The position numbers and the translations under genes are program-made. DNA of 64,000 nucleotides from Nitrospiraceae bacterium. Its GTDB lineage: Bacteria; Nitrospirota; Nitrospiria; Nitrospirales; Nitrospiraceae. Location of the stretch: assembly GCA_041748925.1 (NCBI GenBank), contig JBGTCI010000002.1, positions 20,086 to 84,085 of the forward strand, given 5' to 3'. The notes under the pieces were generated by a model. That model did no database searches. It was not told the DNA's origin and saw only the letters and a list, made by a program, of their open reading frames with translations. Shown piece by piece: positions 54,518 to 62,821 of the stretch. The first letter of the stretch is position 1, and the number at the start of each line of letters is the position of its first letter.

Positions 54518-54639
54518 CTGTCTATCTGGTCTATTTGGTCTATCTGTGCGATGAGCAAAAAAGACAACCTCCGGTCCGGATTACCCGATCTATCTGATCA
54601 GTCAATTCAACCAAACAAACCAGACAGACCAAATAGACC
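54518..54639. repeat. N9 nonamer-arm hairpin, copy 9 (large central insert)
   Basis: CTGTCTATCT GGTCTATTT GGTCTATCT G ... about 70 nt ... AACCAAACAAACCAGACAGACCAAATAGACC. Fills the gap between convergent stops at 54513 and 54645. Confidence 0.85.
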
Positions 54640-54644
54640 GCCTG

Positions 54645-55505
54645 CTAGAGTCCACCTTCGCGACTATCGCACCCAAGGATCTCGATGAATTTCGTCAGGC
54701 GGGCCTTCTTGAGGGGGTCGTCGAGTTTGGCATAGATGGCCAAGAGGTTCTTGATCATGCGGGAGAGAATCGCGCGCACCGGACTTTCTTGAAGGTATTT
54801 CTCGTCGAATCCATAGCCGGCTTCCGTGAGAAACCGCTGGCAATTCTTCTCGGTCAGCAACGCCCCTCCGTTGAAACAATCGACGAAGACCTTGTAGCGG
54901 TCCGATTCGTACTTCACTAAGAAATGGCCCGGCATCCCGATCCCATGAACCGGAAGACCCAGCCGCTTGCCGACAAGGAGGTACACCGTCGAGAGGCTGA
55001 TCGGAATTCCCGTTCTCCGGTCGATCACACAGTTGAGATAACTATTTTCCAATTCATAATAATTCTTGGTGTTGCCCTTGAAGCCCTGCTCCGTAAAGAG
55101 ATACCGGTTCAACGTCTTGATCGTTTCCTCCCCCGAAGCTCGCGGACCAATCCGATCCTGCACTTCCTGCGCCATTTCATCGAGCTGTCGCGTGTACGAG
55201 GTGACGGTCAGGGAAGGATAGGCATACCGGGCAATCAGAAAGGCGCCTTGCTCCAGATCCATCGGACCATCCGGCAACGCCGCCAACTGCGTAAGTTCAT
55301 CTTCGAGACTTCCACCGCGGATTTCTTCAAGCACCGAGACAAGACGGTCGGCCATTTCCGGCTGTTCGATTTCCGCTTCCTGTAGCAGGGGAACCGCGGT
55401 GGAGCCGATGTCGATAAGTTTCCCGCTGATGGTCCGAACGATCTTCTCGTCCTCATCGGCCAGCAGCCGGATCAGCGCCCGGATTTGACTTTCGTTTGTC
55501 AGCAT
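54645..55505 (-). CDS. SirB1-like transglutaminase-fold/TPR protein with N-terminal HEAT-like region
   Basis: Start set at MLTNESQ (55505) because the track extension overlaps the permease gene. Core LN.YLF...GF.GN...YY...NS.LN.V...R.GIPISL...YL.V..RLGLP..G...PGHFLV. Confidence 0.7.
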   Translation of the reverse strand: MLTNESQIRALIRLLADEDEKIVRTISGKLIDIGSTAVPLLQEAEIEQPEMADRLVSVLEEIRGGSLEDELTQLAALPDGPMDLEQGAFLIARYAYPSLTVTSYTRQLDEMAQEVQDRIGPRASGEETIKTLNRYLFTEQGFKGNTKNYYELENSYLNCVIDRRTGIPISLSTVYLLVGKRLGLPVHGIGMPGHFLVKYESDRYKVFVDCFNGGALLTEKNCQRFLTEAGYGFDEKYLQESPVRAILSRMIKNLLAIYAKLDDPLKKARLTKFIEILGCDSREGGL

Positions 55506-55531
55506 GGTGAGACTCTCCGAAAGCCCGCCCA

Positions 55532-56311
55532 TCAGCCCATCGCCCGACGGAACACCTTGGCGCTCCCGTAAAGACAGAGGGCGTCGAATATCACCATGAC
55601 TATCACGACCATTGCGACATGAGGGAGCGCCTCGGTCCAGCCGGTGAGGATCAACGGCCTCACCGCGTCGATCGCCCAGGTCATCGGATTGAAGCGCGCC
55701 AGGAACCCCATCCACGCAGGCATCCCCGCCAAGGGCACCAAAGCCGAGCTCAAGAAAATCATTGGGAGCGACAGGAATCCCAGGACTGAAAAGAAATCGC
55801 CGTGACTCTTCACGGAAAAAGCCATCGCCATGGAAATCGCGGTGAGACCGACGCCAAAGAGCATCCCGATCATCAAGATTGCGGCGATACCTAGGAAGCC
55901 CGTCGCCGGCTGGACGCCGAACAGAAAGGCCACCCCGAGGATCACGAGTACTTGGAGCGAGGTAATCGTCATGACGAAGATGAAGCGACTCAGGATCACG
56001 GAACTACGATGGATCGGCGTGGTCATCAACCGCTCCAGAAACCCATTCTCCTTGTCGAACAACAGATCGACGCCTCCGGCGAGTCCATTGTTGAGCACCG
56101 TCATGACGACCACGCCGGCGGTCAGGAAGCTGATATAGTCTGGGGCCTGCGTCACTTGCACATCCGCGGCCCGCTGGAACAGATTGCCGAAGAAGATCAG
56201 CCAGAACAGCATCGGCTGTACGAGCGTGAACAACATACTGAATTTCTCGCGACTGAGCCGCCGAACCCATCGCATCGTCAACGCATGAATTTCCTGCCAG
56301 TACTCTTGCAT
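55532..56311 (-). CDS. ABC-2 type transporter permease
   Basis: 259 aa with 6 TM helices and ABC-2 family layout, directly downstream of the ATPase gene. Confidence 0.85.
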   Translation of the reverse strand: MQEYWQEIHALTMRWVRRLSREKFSMLFTLVQPMLFWLIFFGNLFQRAADVQVTQAPDYISFLTAGVVVMTVLNNGLAGGVDLLFDKENGFLERLMTTPIHRSSVILSRFIFVMTITSLQVLVILGVAFLFGVQPATGFLGIAAILMIGMLFGVGLTAISMAMAFSVKSHGDFFSVLGFLSLPMIFLSSALVPLAGMPAWMGFLARFNPMTWAIDAVRPLILTGWTEALPHVAMVVIVMVIFDALCLYGSAKVFRRAMG

Positions 56312-56329
56312 CCGCTTCGCTCCAGTTAC

Positions 56330-56356
56330 GAGTGCTGAGTGCTGAGTGCTGAGTAT
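56330..56356 (-). repeat. Tandem heptamer GAGTGCT x3 between the ABC ATPase and permease genes
   Basis: GAGTGCTGAGTGCTGAGTGCTGAGTAT. Same unit as the dsbA-copA hairpin. A partial complement (GAGACTGTTGAGTGATG on the transcript) lies in the last ATPase codons. Confidence 0.7.
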
Positions 56357-56375
56357 TCAGACGGGATATCCAACA

Positions 56376-57350
56376 TCACTCAACAGTCTCTTTCGGCAAT
56401 TCGTCTTTAATCGATCGCCCCGTATGGGCGATGAACACGTCGTCCAGCCGCGGGCGGTGGTACTCAATAAACTCCAGTTGGCAATCTAATCGATTGGCGG
56501 ACTCGAGGATTGCTGGCAGGGCTTTTTCGGGCGACTCGACCCGGATATCCAGGCCGGTCGGCGTCGCCTTGACCGCTCGCATCGCGGGTTGTCTCGTCAA
56601 CGCAGCCACCAACGTAGAAATCTTACTCTGGTCCTTTAAGGTCAACGACACAATATCGCCGCCCAGCCCGACCTTCAGCTCAGCTGGCGACCCGAGCGTC
56701 TTGATCTTTCCCACGTCGATAATGGCCAACCGATCGCAGAGCTGATCCGCCTCATCCAAATAATTCGTCGTCATCACGATCGTCATGCCGCGCGCCTTCA
56801 ACATCCGCACGTAGTCCCAAATCCTGAGCCGGCTCTGCACATCCAAGCCCAACGTCGGCTCGTCGAGGAACAATATCTTGGGGTCCGGCAGAAGACCGCA
56901 GGCAATGTCGAGCTTCCGCTTCATCCCCCCGGAGTACGTTTTCGCCGGGCGATCGGCAGCCTCTTCCAGTTCCACGAGCTTCAGCAACTCGGCAATGCGT
57001 TTCGCGGCTTCGGCCTTCGGCAAGTGGTACAGTGCGCCGAGCAGTTCGAGGTGTTCCCGACCGGTGAGAAAGCGATCGATGGCCCGTTCTTGAGGCACGT
57101 AGCCGATGAGTTGCCGGACGACATCCGCCTCGCGCACCGTATCGTGGCCTAATACGCTGGCCGTGCCTGACGTCGGCGTCAGCAGCGTGATGAGCGTCCG
57201 GAGCGTGGTGCTTTTCCCCGCCCCGTTCGGCCCCAGCAGACCGAAAATCTCGCCTGAATAGACCTCAAACGACAGATCGGAGACGGCCGTATGGCCATCA
57301 TAGGATTTCGTGAGCCGAGATACCTGGATCGCGATTGCGCGATCCATCAA
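56376..57350 (-). CDS. ABC transporter ATP-binding protein (DrrA/ABC-2 exporter type)
   Basis: 324 aa. Walker A GPNGAGKST, signature YSGGMKRKL, Walker B ILFLDEPT. Confidence 0.9.
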   Translation of the reverse strand: MMDRAIAIQVSRLTKSYDGHTAVSDLSFEVYSGEIFGLLGPNGAGKSTTLRTLITLLTPTSGTASVLGHDTVREADVVRQLIGYVPQERAIDRFLTGREHLELLGALYHLPKAEAAKRIAELLKLVELEEAADRPAKTYSGGMKRKLDIACGLLPDPKILFLDEPTLGLDVQSRLRIWDYVRMLKARGMTIVMTTNYLDEADQLCDRLAIIDVGKIKTLGSPAELKVGLGGDIVSLTLKDQSKISTLVAALTRQPAMRAVKATPTGLDIRVESPEKALPAILESANRLDCQLEFIEYHRPRLDDVFIAHTGRSIKDELPKETVE

Positions 57351-58045
57351 CCCCAGCCCTTTGCGCCAGATTGATCGTGCATCATGAACTCGATGAGGTC
57401 ACTAAGACGGCGGGCTTGTTGGTGGAGACTGTCGGCCTCCAACAGAAACTGTTTTTCCAAGGGCGTACACTCCAGGTAGGTGGACAGGGTATTGACGACA
57501 ATCTCATCGCTGACTTCTTCCCGAAAAAGCTCCTGCCATGTGGGCACGTCATCGCGGGACCGGAGATAGGACTCCAGGATGGTGAACAGGCGCCGGCGGA
57601 CCGTGGGATCCAGCGACGCCCCTGTGCCTCGAACAGCGACAGAAATCGTGGCCTCACGATAGGGGTTATCGTACCACTCGCGTTCAATCTCAAACCGTTC
57701 CAGCCCTTGCAGCAGGATGTTGGATCGACCATCGGCCAGTGGCTGCACGCTCGCCAATCGACCGACACAGCCCATCGAGAACACGGGCGGATGACCATAA
57801 TAGTCCGTTTCCCATCCATCCTTGAGCAGGGCCATGCCGATGCACTGCCCGCTCATCGCCGCATCCGAGACCATAGCGCGGTAGCGCGGCTCGAAGATGT
57901 GCAGGGGGAGATAGGTCTTGGGGAACAGCACGAGATTTGGAAGCGGAAACACCGGAATCCTCGCGGGAATGGGAAACGGCATGACGCTGTCAGGCTGGTC
58001 TCGTTCGTGGTGCTCAGGCCCGTGATCGATCTGCATGGGGCTCAC
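57347..58045 (-). CDS. LON peptidase substrate-binding (LON N-terminal) domain protein
   Basis: 232 aa, GTG start. IPVFPLPN.VLFP...LPLHIFEPRYR.MV is typical of the stand-alone LON-N family. Stop overlaps the ATPase start. Confidence 0.8.
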   Translation of the reverse strand: MSPMQIDHGPEHHERDQPDSVMPFPIPARIPVFPLPNLVLFPKTYLPLHIFEPRYRAMVSDAAMSGQCIGMALLKDGWETDYYGHPPVFSMGCVGRLASVQPLADGRSNILLQGLERFEIEREWYDNPYREATISVAVRGTGASLDPTVRRRLFTILESYLRSRDDVPTWQELFREEVSDEIVVNTLSTYLECTPLEKQFLLEADSLHQQARRLSDLIEFMMHDQSGAKGWG

Positions 58046-58152
58046 GATAGCTGATGGTCGACAAAGTTGTCAACGGCGTGAGAGGGGCATCTTTCACCCA
58101 TCGAATTGACGAAAACCCGTATCAACACAGGAGATTTGTGCCGGCAGTCTAA

Positions 58153-58340
58153 CCCATATTATTCATGAACACTTCTGCTGCAATCGCCGATCCGCTACTA
58201 CGACGAGCCTTCGGCCGGCGGGCTCACCCCTCGGACCCTCACCGTACTGCACGAGTACGCATCGGGTCCTCACGGCTCCGCGCGCCGGTCTCGCGACGCG
58301 GGTCAGCGATTTCGCGACGAACCGTCATGAATAATGCGGG
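58153..58340. repeat. 188-bp long imperfect palindrome with AT-rich termini
   Basis: Termini CCCATATTATTCATGA / TCATGAATAATGCGGG. Internal arms also pair (GCAATCGCCGATCCGC vs GCGGGTCAGCGATTTCGC, GACCC..CGTACTGCACGAGTACG..GGGTC). Confidence 0.7.
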
Positions 58341-58398
58341 CTAAGCATGGTATAAGCGCACGAGACGATTCCCGTGCCTTACGGACCATCCATCACAC

Positions 58399-59532
58399 AT
58401 GTACGAATTGTTGCGTCAGCTTCGACACATACTGTTCCTGTCGAGCAGTCTGCTGATCGTCGTGCCAGGGCTCGCAGCCGATACCGCACAGGAATTCCGC
58501 TTCGCCACGGAAGGCTATCGATATGCCTTTCCGCGCGACCACGGGGCGCATGAGGAGTTTCGCACCGAATGGTGGTACTACACAGGTCAGGTCAGGGCGA
58601 AGGACGGTCGGCCATTCGGTTATGAACTCACCTTCTTCCGCCGTGGCATGCTGCGCGATCAGACGAAAACCCTGCCGTCACAGTGGGCTGTCACGCACCT
58701 CTATCTAGCCCATTTTGCCATCAGCGATCTCAGCAAGGGTCGGTTTCACTATGCGGACAAAATGAGCCGGGCCGGTTTGGGCAAGGCCGGCGCGGCGCAC
58801 GATCGGCTCCACGTCTGGATCGATCGATGGAGCGCCGAATCGCCATCGGTCGCTCCCGGCACTCAAACCCTCCAGGCAGCGGAGGGCGACATGGCCATCC
58901 AACTCACGGTTTCGTCGGGGAAACCACTGGTCGTACATGGCACCGACGGGATCAGCCGCAAAGGTTCGGCCACAGGACAAGCCTCCCATTATTATTCCTT
59001 CACCAGACTAGCCACAACCGGCAAGCTCACGATCGGGAACGAATCGTTCGACGTGACCGGCACAAGTTGGATGGACCATGAGTTCGGGTCCGCCGATCTC
59101 GATAAGGACCTGGTCGGATGGGACTGGTTCAGCCTGCAACTCGACGACCAAAGGGAACTCATGCTCTATCAACTCCGCCGGGCAGACGGATCGGCTCATC
59201 CAGCCTCAAGTGGCACGTTAATCGACCGAGACGGACGTGGACACCATCTTTTGATCGGAGACTTCACGCTCAAACCGACAAGTTATTGGACCAGCCCTGC
59301 GAGCAAAGCCCACTATCCGCAGCGTTGGCACTTGACCATTCCTTCACAACAACTTTCATTGGAACTCGTGCCCCGCATGGCCGATCAAGAACTCTCCCCC
59401 AAACGCAGCACACAAGTGGCCTATTGGGAAGGCGCCATCGAAACAACCGGCACAACACAGGGGAAGCCAATTCACGGACAGGGCTACATGGAACTGGTCG
59501 GCTATGCCGAACGGATCATGCAGAAACTCTAA
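58399..59532 (+). CDS. AttH/CrtC-like (carotenoid 1,2-hydratase / lipocalin-like) family protein
   Basis: 377 aa with a signal peptide. FP.DHG.H..F.TEWWY.TG.......G..FGYELTFFR and WMDHEFG motifs. Confidence 0.75.
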   Translation: MYELLRQLRHILFLSSSLLIVVPGLAADTAQEFRFATEGYRYAFPRDHGAHEEFRTEWWYYTGQVRAKDGRPFGYELTFFRRGMLRDQTKTLPSQWAVTHLYLAHFAISDLSKGRFHYADKMSRAGLGKAGAAHDRLHVWIDRWSAESPSVAPGTQTLQAAEGDMAIQLTVSSGKPLVVHGTDGISRKGSATGQASHYYSFTRLATTGKLTIGNESFDVTGTSWMDHEFGSADLDKDLVGWDWFSLQLDDQRELMLYQLRRADGSAHPASSGTLIDRDGRGHHLLIGDFTLKPTSYWTSPASKAHYPQRWHLTIPSQQLSLELVPRMADQELSPKRSTQVAYWEGAIETTGTTQGKPIHGQGYMELVGYAERIMQKL

Positions 59533-59654
59533 CAGGATGCTGAACAAGGCCGCCAGCGGCGTTCTCGCGTCGCTCAGAGGCTCAACGCACCGAAGCGTAC
59601 GCCTCGCCTCTCCGCTCGCTGCGGCCTTGCTGCACAGCCTTTTTGAGCATCCTG
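59533..59654 (+). repeat. P125 element, copy F
   Basis: 122 nt. Begins immediately after the TAA stop (TAA|CAGGATGCTGAACAAGG) and ends ...TTTTTGAGCATCCTG. Same orientation relative to its upstream gene as all other copies. Confidence 0.9.
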
Positions 59655-59866
59655 AGGCTCCTGGGGTATCAACACCGTTCCGTGAGATTCTAACGATTGC
59701 TCTGCGCGACCCAAGTTTTTCCGCAGCCTCCTTGGCCGGAAACACGTCGGTTTCCTTCAGCCAGACCAGCATCCTGCATCACTCAGGCCTCTCGATCATG
59801 TACGATGAAGCGCCTGTCTCGTCCTCTTGAAACATGGAGAAAATCGGGAAGTAATCGAGAGGCTCA

Positions 59867-61126
59867 GTGCTGATGACCGAAGATGAAGTCAAAGACGTGC
59901 GTCTGGTGGTGGATGCCATCTATCGCGCGGAATCGCGCCAGGTGCTTGCCACGCTGATTCGTCTCCTCGGCGACTTTGAGACTGCCGAGGAGGCGCTGCA
60001 CGATGCGTTCGCCGCCGCAGTCGCACAGTGGGCCCGGGACGGCGTGCCCGCGAATCCCAGAGCCTGGCTCGTCTCGACAGGTCGTTTCAAGGCCATCGAC
60101 GGCATACGCCGACGTGCCCGGTTCGATGCGTCGCTGACGGAGCTTGCCACACAACTCGAACACACCACCAGTGACACCGAAGAGTGGAACGAGGAGAGTG
60201 TTGAGGATGACCGGCTTCGGCTGATCTTTACCTGTTGCCATCCGGCCTTGTCGCCAGAGGCACAAGCTGCCATGACGCTCCGTGAAGTCTGCGGACTCGC
60301 GACCGAGGAACTCGCGCGCGCGTTCCTGACGAAGCCAGCCACGATCGCCCAGCGGATCGTCCGCGCCAAGGCGAAGATCCGCGACGCCCGTATTCCCTAT
60401 GAAGTGCCGTCGGAGAAAGAGCTGCCGAATCGCCTGGACGCTGTGCTCCGTGTGATTTACCTCGTCTTCAACGAAGGATACTCCGCTTCATCCGGTGGGT
60501 CGCTCACACGGCACGATCTATCAGGCGAAGCTATCCGTTTGGGGCGATTGCTGATCGAGTTGCTCCCGGAGCCTGAAGCCATGGCACTCTTGGCGCTCAT
60601 GCTGCTTCACGATTCGCGGCGTGCCGCACGCACCTCACCGACCGGTGATCTGATACTTTTGGAAAATCAGGATCGCGCTCTGTGGAATCAAGATCAGCTA
60701 GCGGAAGGGGCGTCGCTGGTGGAAAGGGCGCTGTCGGCAGGCCAAGTGGGTTCATACACCATCCAAGCAGCTATCGCGGCGGTGCATGCCCAGGCGCCCA
60801 GTCCCTCCGCCACGGACTGGGCCCAGATCGTTTCACTCTACGACCTGCTGATGCGGGCGGGACCGTCGCCTGTAGTCGAGCTGAATCGTGCTGTGGCAGT
60901 CGCGATGCGCGACAGTCCGTCGGCGGGTCTTGTGTTAATCGACGCCATCCTCGCGCGAGGCGAACTAGCGAACTATCACCTTGCACACGCGGCCCGAGCT
61001 GATCTCTGCCGGCGACTTGGGCGAACAGCGGAAGCCCGAAACTCCTACGAGCTGGCCCTCGGTCTCACCCAGCAAGAGCCGGAGCAGCGGTTCCTCGAGA
61101 GACGGCTGAGCGAGCTGCCGGACTGA
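59867..61126 (+). CDS. ECF sigma factor with long C-terminal extension (ECF42-like)
   Basis: 419 aa. Sigma region 2 (ALHDAFAAAV..W...GVP.NP.AWL....R.KAID..RR), region 4 (LREVCGL.TEELARAF....ATIAQRIVRAK.KI), and a helical extension of about 200 aa. YCII/DGPF gene nearby. Confidence 0.8.
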   Translation: MLMTEDEVKDVRLVVDAIYRAESRQVLATLIRLLGDFETAEEALHDAFAAAVAQWARDGVPANPRAWLVSTGRFKAIDGIRRRARFDASLTELATQLEHTTSDTEEWNEESVEDDRLRLIFTCCHPALSPEAQAAMTLREVCGLATEELARAFLTKPATIAQRIVRAKAKIRDARIPYEVPSEKELPNRLDAVLRVIYLVFNEGYSASSGGSLTRHDLSGEAIRLGRLLIELLPEPEAMALLALMLLHDSRRAARTSPTGDLILLENQDRALWNQDQLAEGASLVERALSAGQVGSYTIQAAIAAVHAQAPSPSATDWAQIVSLYDLLMRAGPSPVVELNRAVAVAMRDSPSAGLVLIDAILARGELANYHLAHAARADLCRRLGRTAEARNSYELALGLTQQEPEQRFLERRLSELPD

Positions 61127-61297
61127 TGCGGCGGGTGCTGCCTTGCCTCACACAACGTACCTATCCACATCGGGCAGTCCATGTTGAGTGATTTGGTTAT
61201 GGTTAGGCAGTGTCTGAATCGCCATAGCTGACCATGCCCGGCCGTGTATGGGCTGATTTGTCGACGATCTGCTTCAACACCTGGTTGGTCGACAACA

Positions 61298-62077
61298 TTA
61301 CAACCGTTCATACTCCGCCCTCACAAACTGCGGGTCATATGTTCGTTCCAGCCTGCGGACAATGAAGTGGCCCCGTGCCATCTCCTGGAAATGGTCTATG
61401 AACAGGACATTGATCACCACACCTCCGGCAGCACCGATCACCGGTACGGCTTGCGCGGCGACCTTCTCGGAGACGTTCACGCCGAAGCGCGCGGCCAACT
61501 GTGTGATGAACCTGACGATTGCTGGCGCGCCCTCCTCAACCAGACCTCTCTCGGTGATGTACACTGCAGCCTCTGAGACCGACTTCGCCAGAGCCCCACG
61601 TATCAGGAAGTAGGCGGATTCACTCGCGTCGTCGCTCTTGCTACGCCCGCCAAGAGCGAAGACCTCAAGGCAGGCCAGTTTGGCGCCCGGCGTCCTGAGA
61701 CGCTCGCCCTCGCTTCGTGCGATATCTGCAATGGAACGCAGCATGATCGTGGTGGATAAAGGCAGTTCGAGCGGGAGGCCGAGCAGTCCAAAGGCGCCTC
61801 CCCCCGCGCCGGTCGCCGCTACCGCGAGCTTGTGCAGAAACTCCCAAGAATTCTGCTGCGATTTGTCGTCAATTGTCAGCAGCGCCGCCTGTAGTGCCGT
61901 CTCCAGCGACCTCCTGGTCGCCTCGTTGACGACCATTGCCCATTTCTCTGGAAGCAGCTTGAGCGCCTTCTCAATCGGCATACCGATCAATCCCGTTATC
62001 TTCACTGCGAGGCCGGGATTTTCAAGGAGAGCCTTCGCGTACCGCAGAGCCTCTTGATCTTCGTACGATAGATTCAC
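61298..62077 (-). CDS. EcsC family protein
   Basis: 259 aa. The N-terminal L....L.NPGL..K.....G.PIE......P and glycine-rich middle match my recollection of EcsC. Confidence 0.65.
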   Translation of the reverse strand: MNLSYEDQEALRYAKALLENPGLAVKITGLIGMPIEKALKLLPEKWAMVVNEATRRSLETALQAALLTIDDKSQQNSWEFLHKLAVAATGAGGGAFGLLGLPLELPLSTTIMLRSIADIARSEGERLRTPGAKLACLEVFALGGRSKSDDASESAYFLIRGALAKSVSEAAVYITERGLVEEGAPAIVRFITQLAARFGVNVSEKVAAQAVPVIGAAGGVVINVLFIDHFQEMARGHFIVRRLERTYDPQFVRAEYERL

Positions 62078-62237
62078 GCGGCCCTCCTTCTCTCAATTAC
62101 TGCCCGGCTAGTAGGTGAGCTGGAACTGTGATCGTGGTCCAAACGGCCTATTCCTAGCTACTCCCTTTTTCAAGGAAGCCCCATTCTGCCTGAAATGTCA
62201 CTCGCTTACGATGACTTGTCAAGTACCGAAATACCCC

Positions 62238-62263
62238 TGTCGATTTTCTCTCTTGCCAACGAC
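62238..62263 (+). promoter_or_regulatory. Candidate ECF42-type promoter upstream of the YCII gene
   Basis: TGTCGA, 16-nt spacer, CGAC. This matches my recollection of the reported ECF42 motif (-35 TGTCGA, -10 CGA/TC). Lies about 190 nt upstream of ATG 62453. Confidence 0.35.
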
Positions 62264-62452
62264 TATCTTATGTCAGGACATTGTGGACGAGACAAGCAAG
62301 ACGTGCGCGACAAGCGCGCCTCGCGAGGATGAAACTTTCGACCAATCGCGCTTGCCTCGCACCTCTCGCGAATCTCAGTCGAATGACGAGATACGCGTCA
62401 CAAGAAACGAGCGACAACGAAGAGGACGGATACAACTAGAGGAGGCGCCCAT

Positions 62453-62803
62453 ATGAAATACATGTTGCTGATTTACGGAGATGAGAATGGGTTGAGTGAA
62501 ACTGAGCGGAAGGACTGTTACGTAGAGTCCACGCAGCTTGCACATCAGCTGCACTCGAACGGACAGTACATAGCGGCCAATCCGTTACACTCCACAGCCA
62601 TGGCGACCAGCGTGCGCGTGCGCGATGGCAACCGGCTCTTGACCGACGGTCCGTTCGCGGAGACACGCGAACAACTGGGCGGTTACTTTCTCATCGAGGC
62701 AAACGATCTTGACGAGGCGATCGCCGTCGCGGCAAAGATCCCCATGGCCCGCAAAGGTACCGTCGAGGTTCGTCCGGTCATCGAGATTCCGAATCTGCCC
62801 TAG
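62453..62803 (+). CDS. YCII-related (DGPF) domain protein
   Basis: 116 aa. MKYMLLIY start, DGPF motif (LTDGPFAETRE), GGYF.IEA.DLDEA. GGAGG SD. Confidence 0.85.
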   Translation: MKYMLLIYGDENGLSETERKDCYVESTQLAHQLHSNGQYIAANPLHSTAMATSVRVRDGNRLLTDGPFAETREQLGGYFLIEANDLDEAIAVAAKIPMARKGTVEVRPVIEIPNLP

Positions 62804-62821
62804 CAATCGCAAGGAGACGAT

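Noticed and set aside
7732-54639. N9 tandem units considered as CRISPR arrays or iteron clusters.
   Set aside because: The units are contiguous 9-mers with no spacers. Each array is followed by its own inverted copy. No cas genes or replication genes are nearby.
55506-55715. N-terminal extension of the SirB1-like ORF that overlaps the ABC-2 permease gene. The same issue applies to 41611-41715 (CaCA over larC), 35629-35760 (lolA over repeat T5) and 17669-17827 (cytochrome c over the upstream gene).
   Set aside because: These extensions overlap strongly supported genes or repeat sequence. Internal starts give sensible signal peptides, TM segments or ATGA coupling.
58057-58074. GTCGACAAAGTTGTCAAC, an imperfect palindrome (14 of 18 positions) upstream of the LON-N/ABC operon, considered as an operator.
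   Set aside because: It is a single weak occurrence, with no adjacent regulator gene to tie it to and no second copy in the window.
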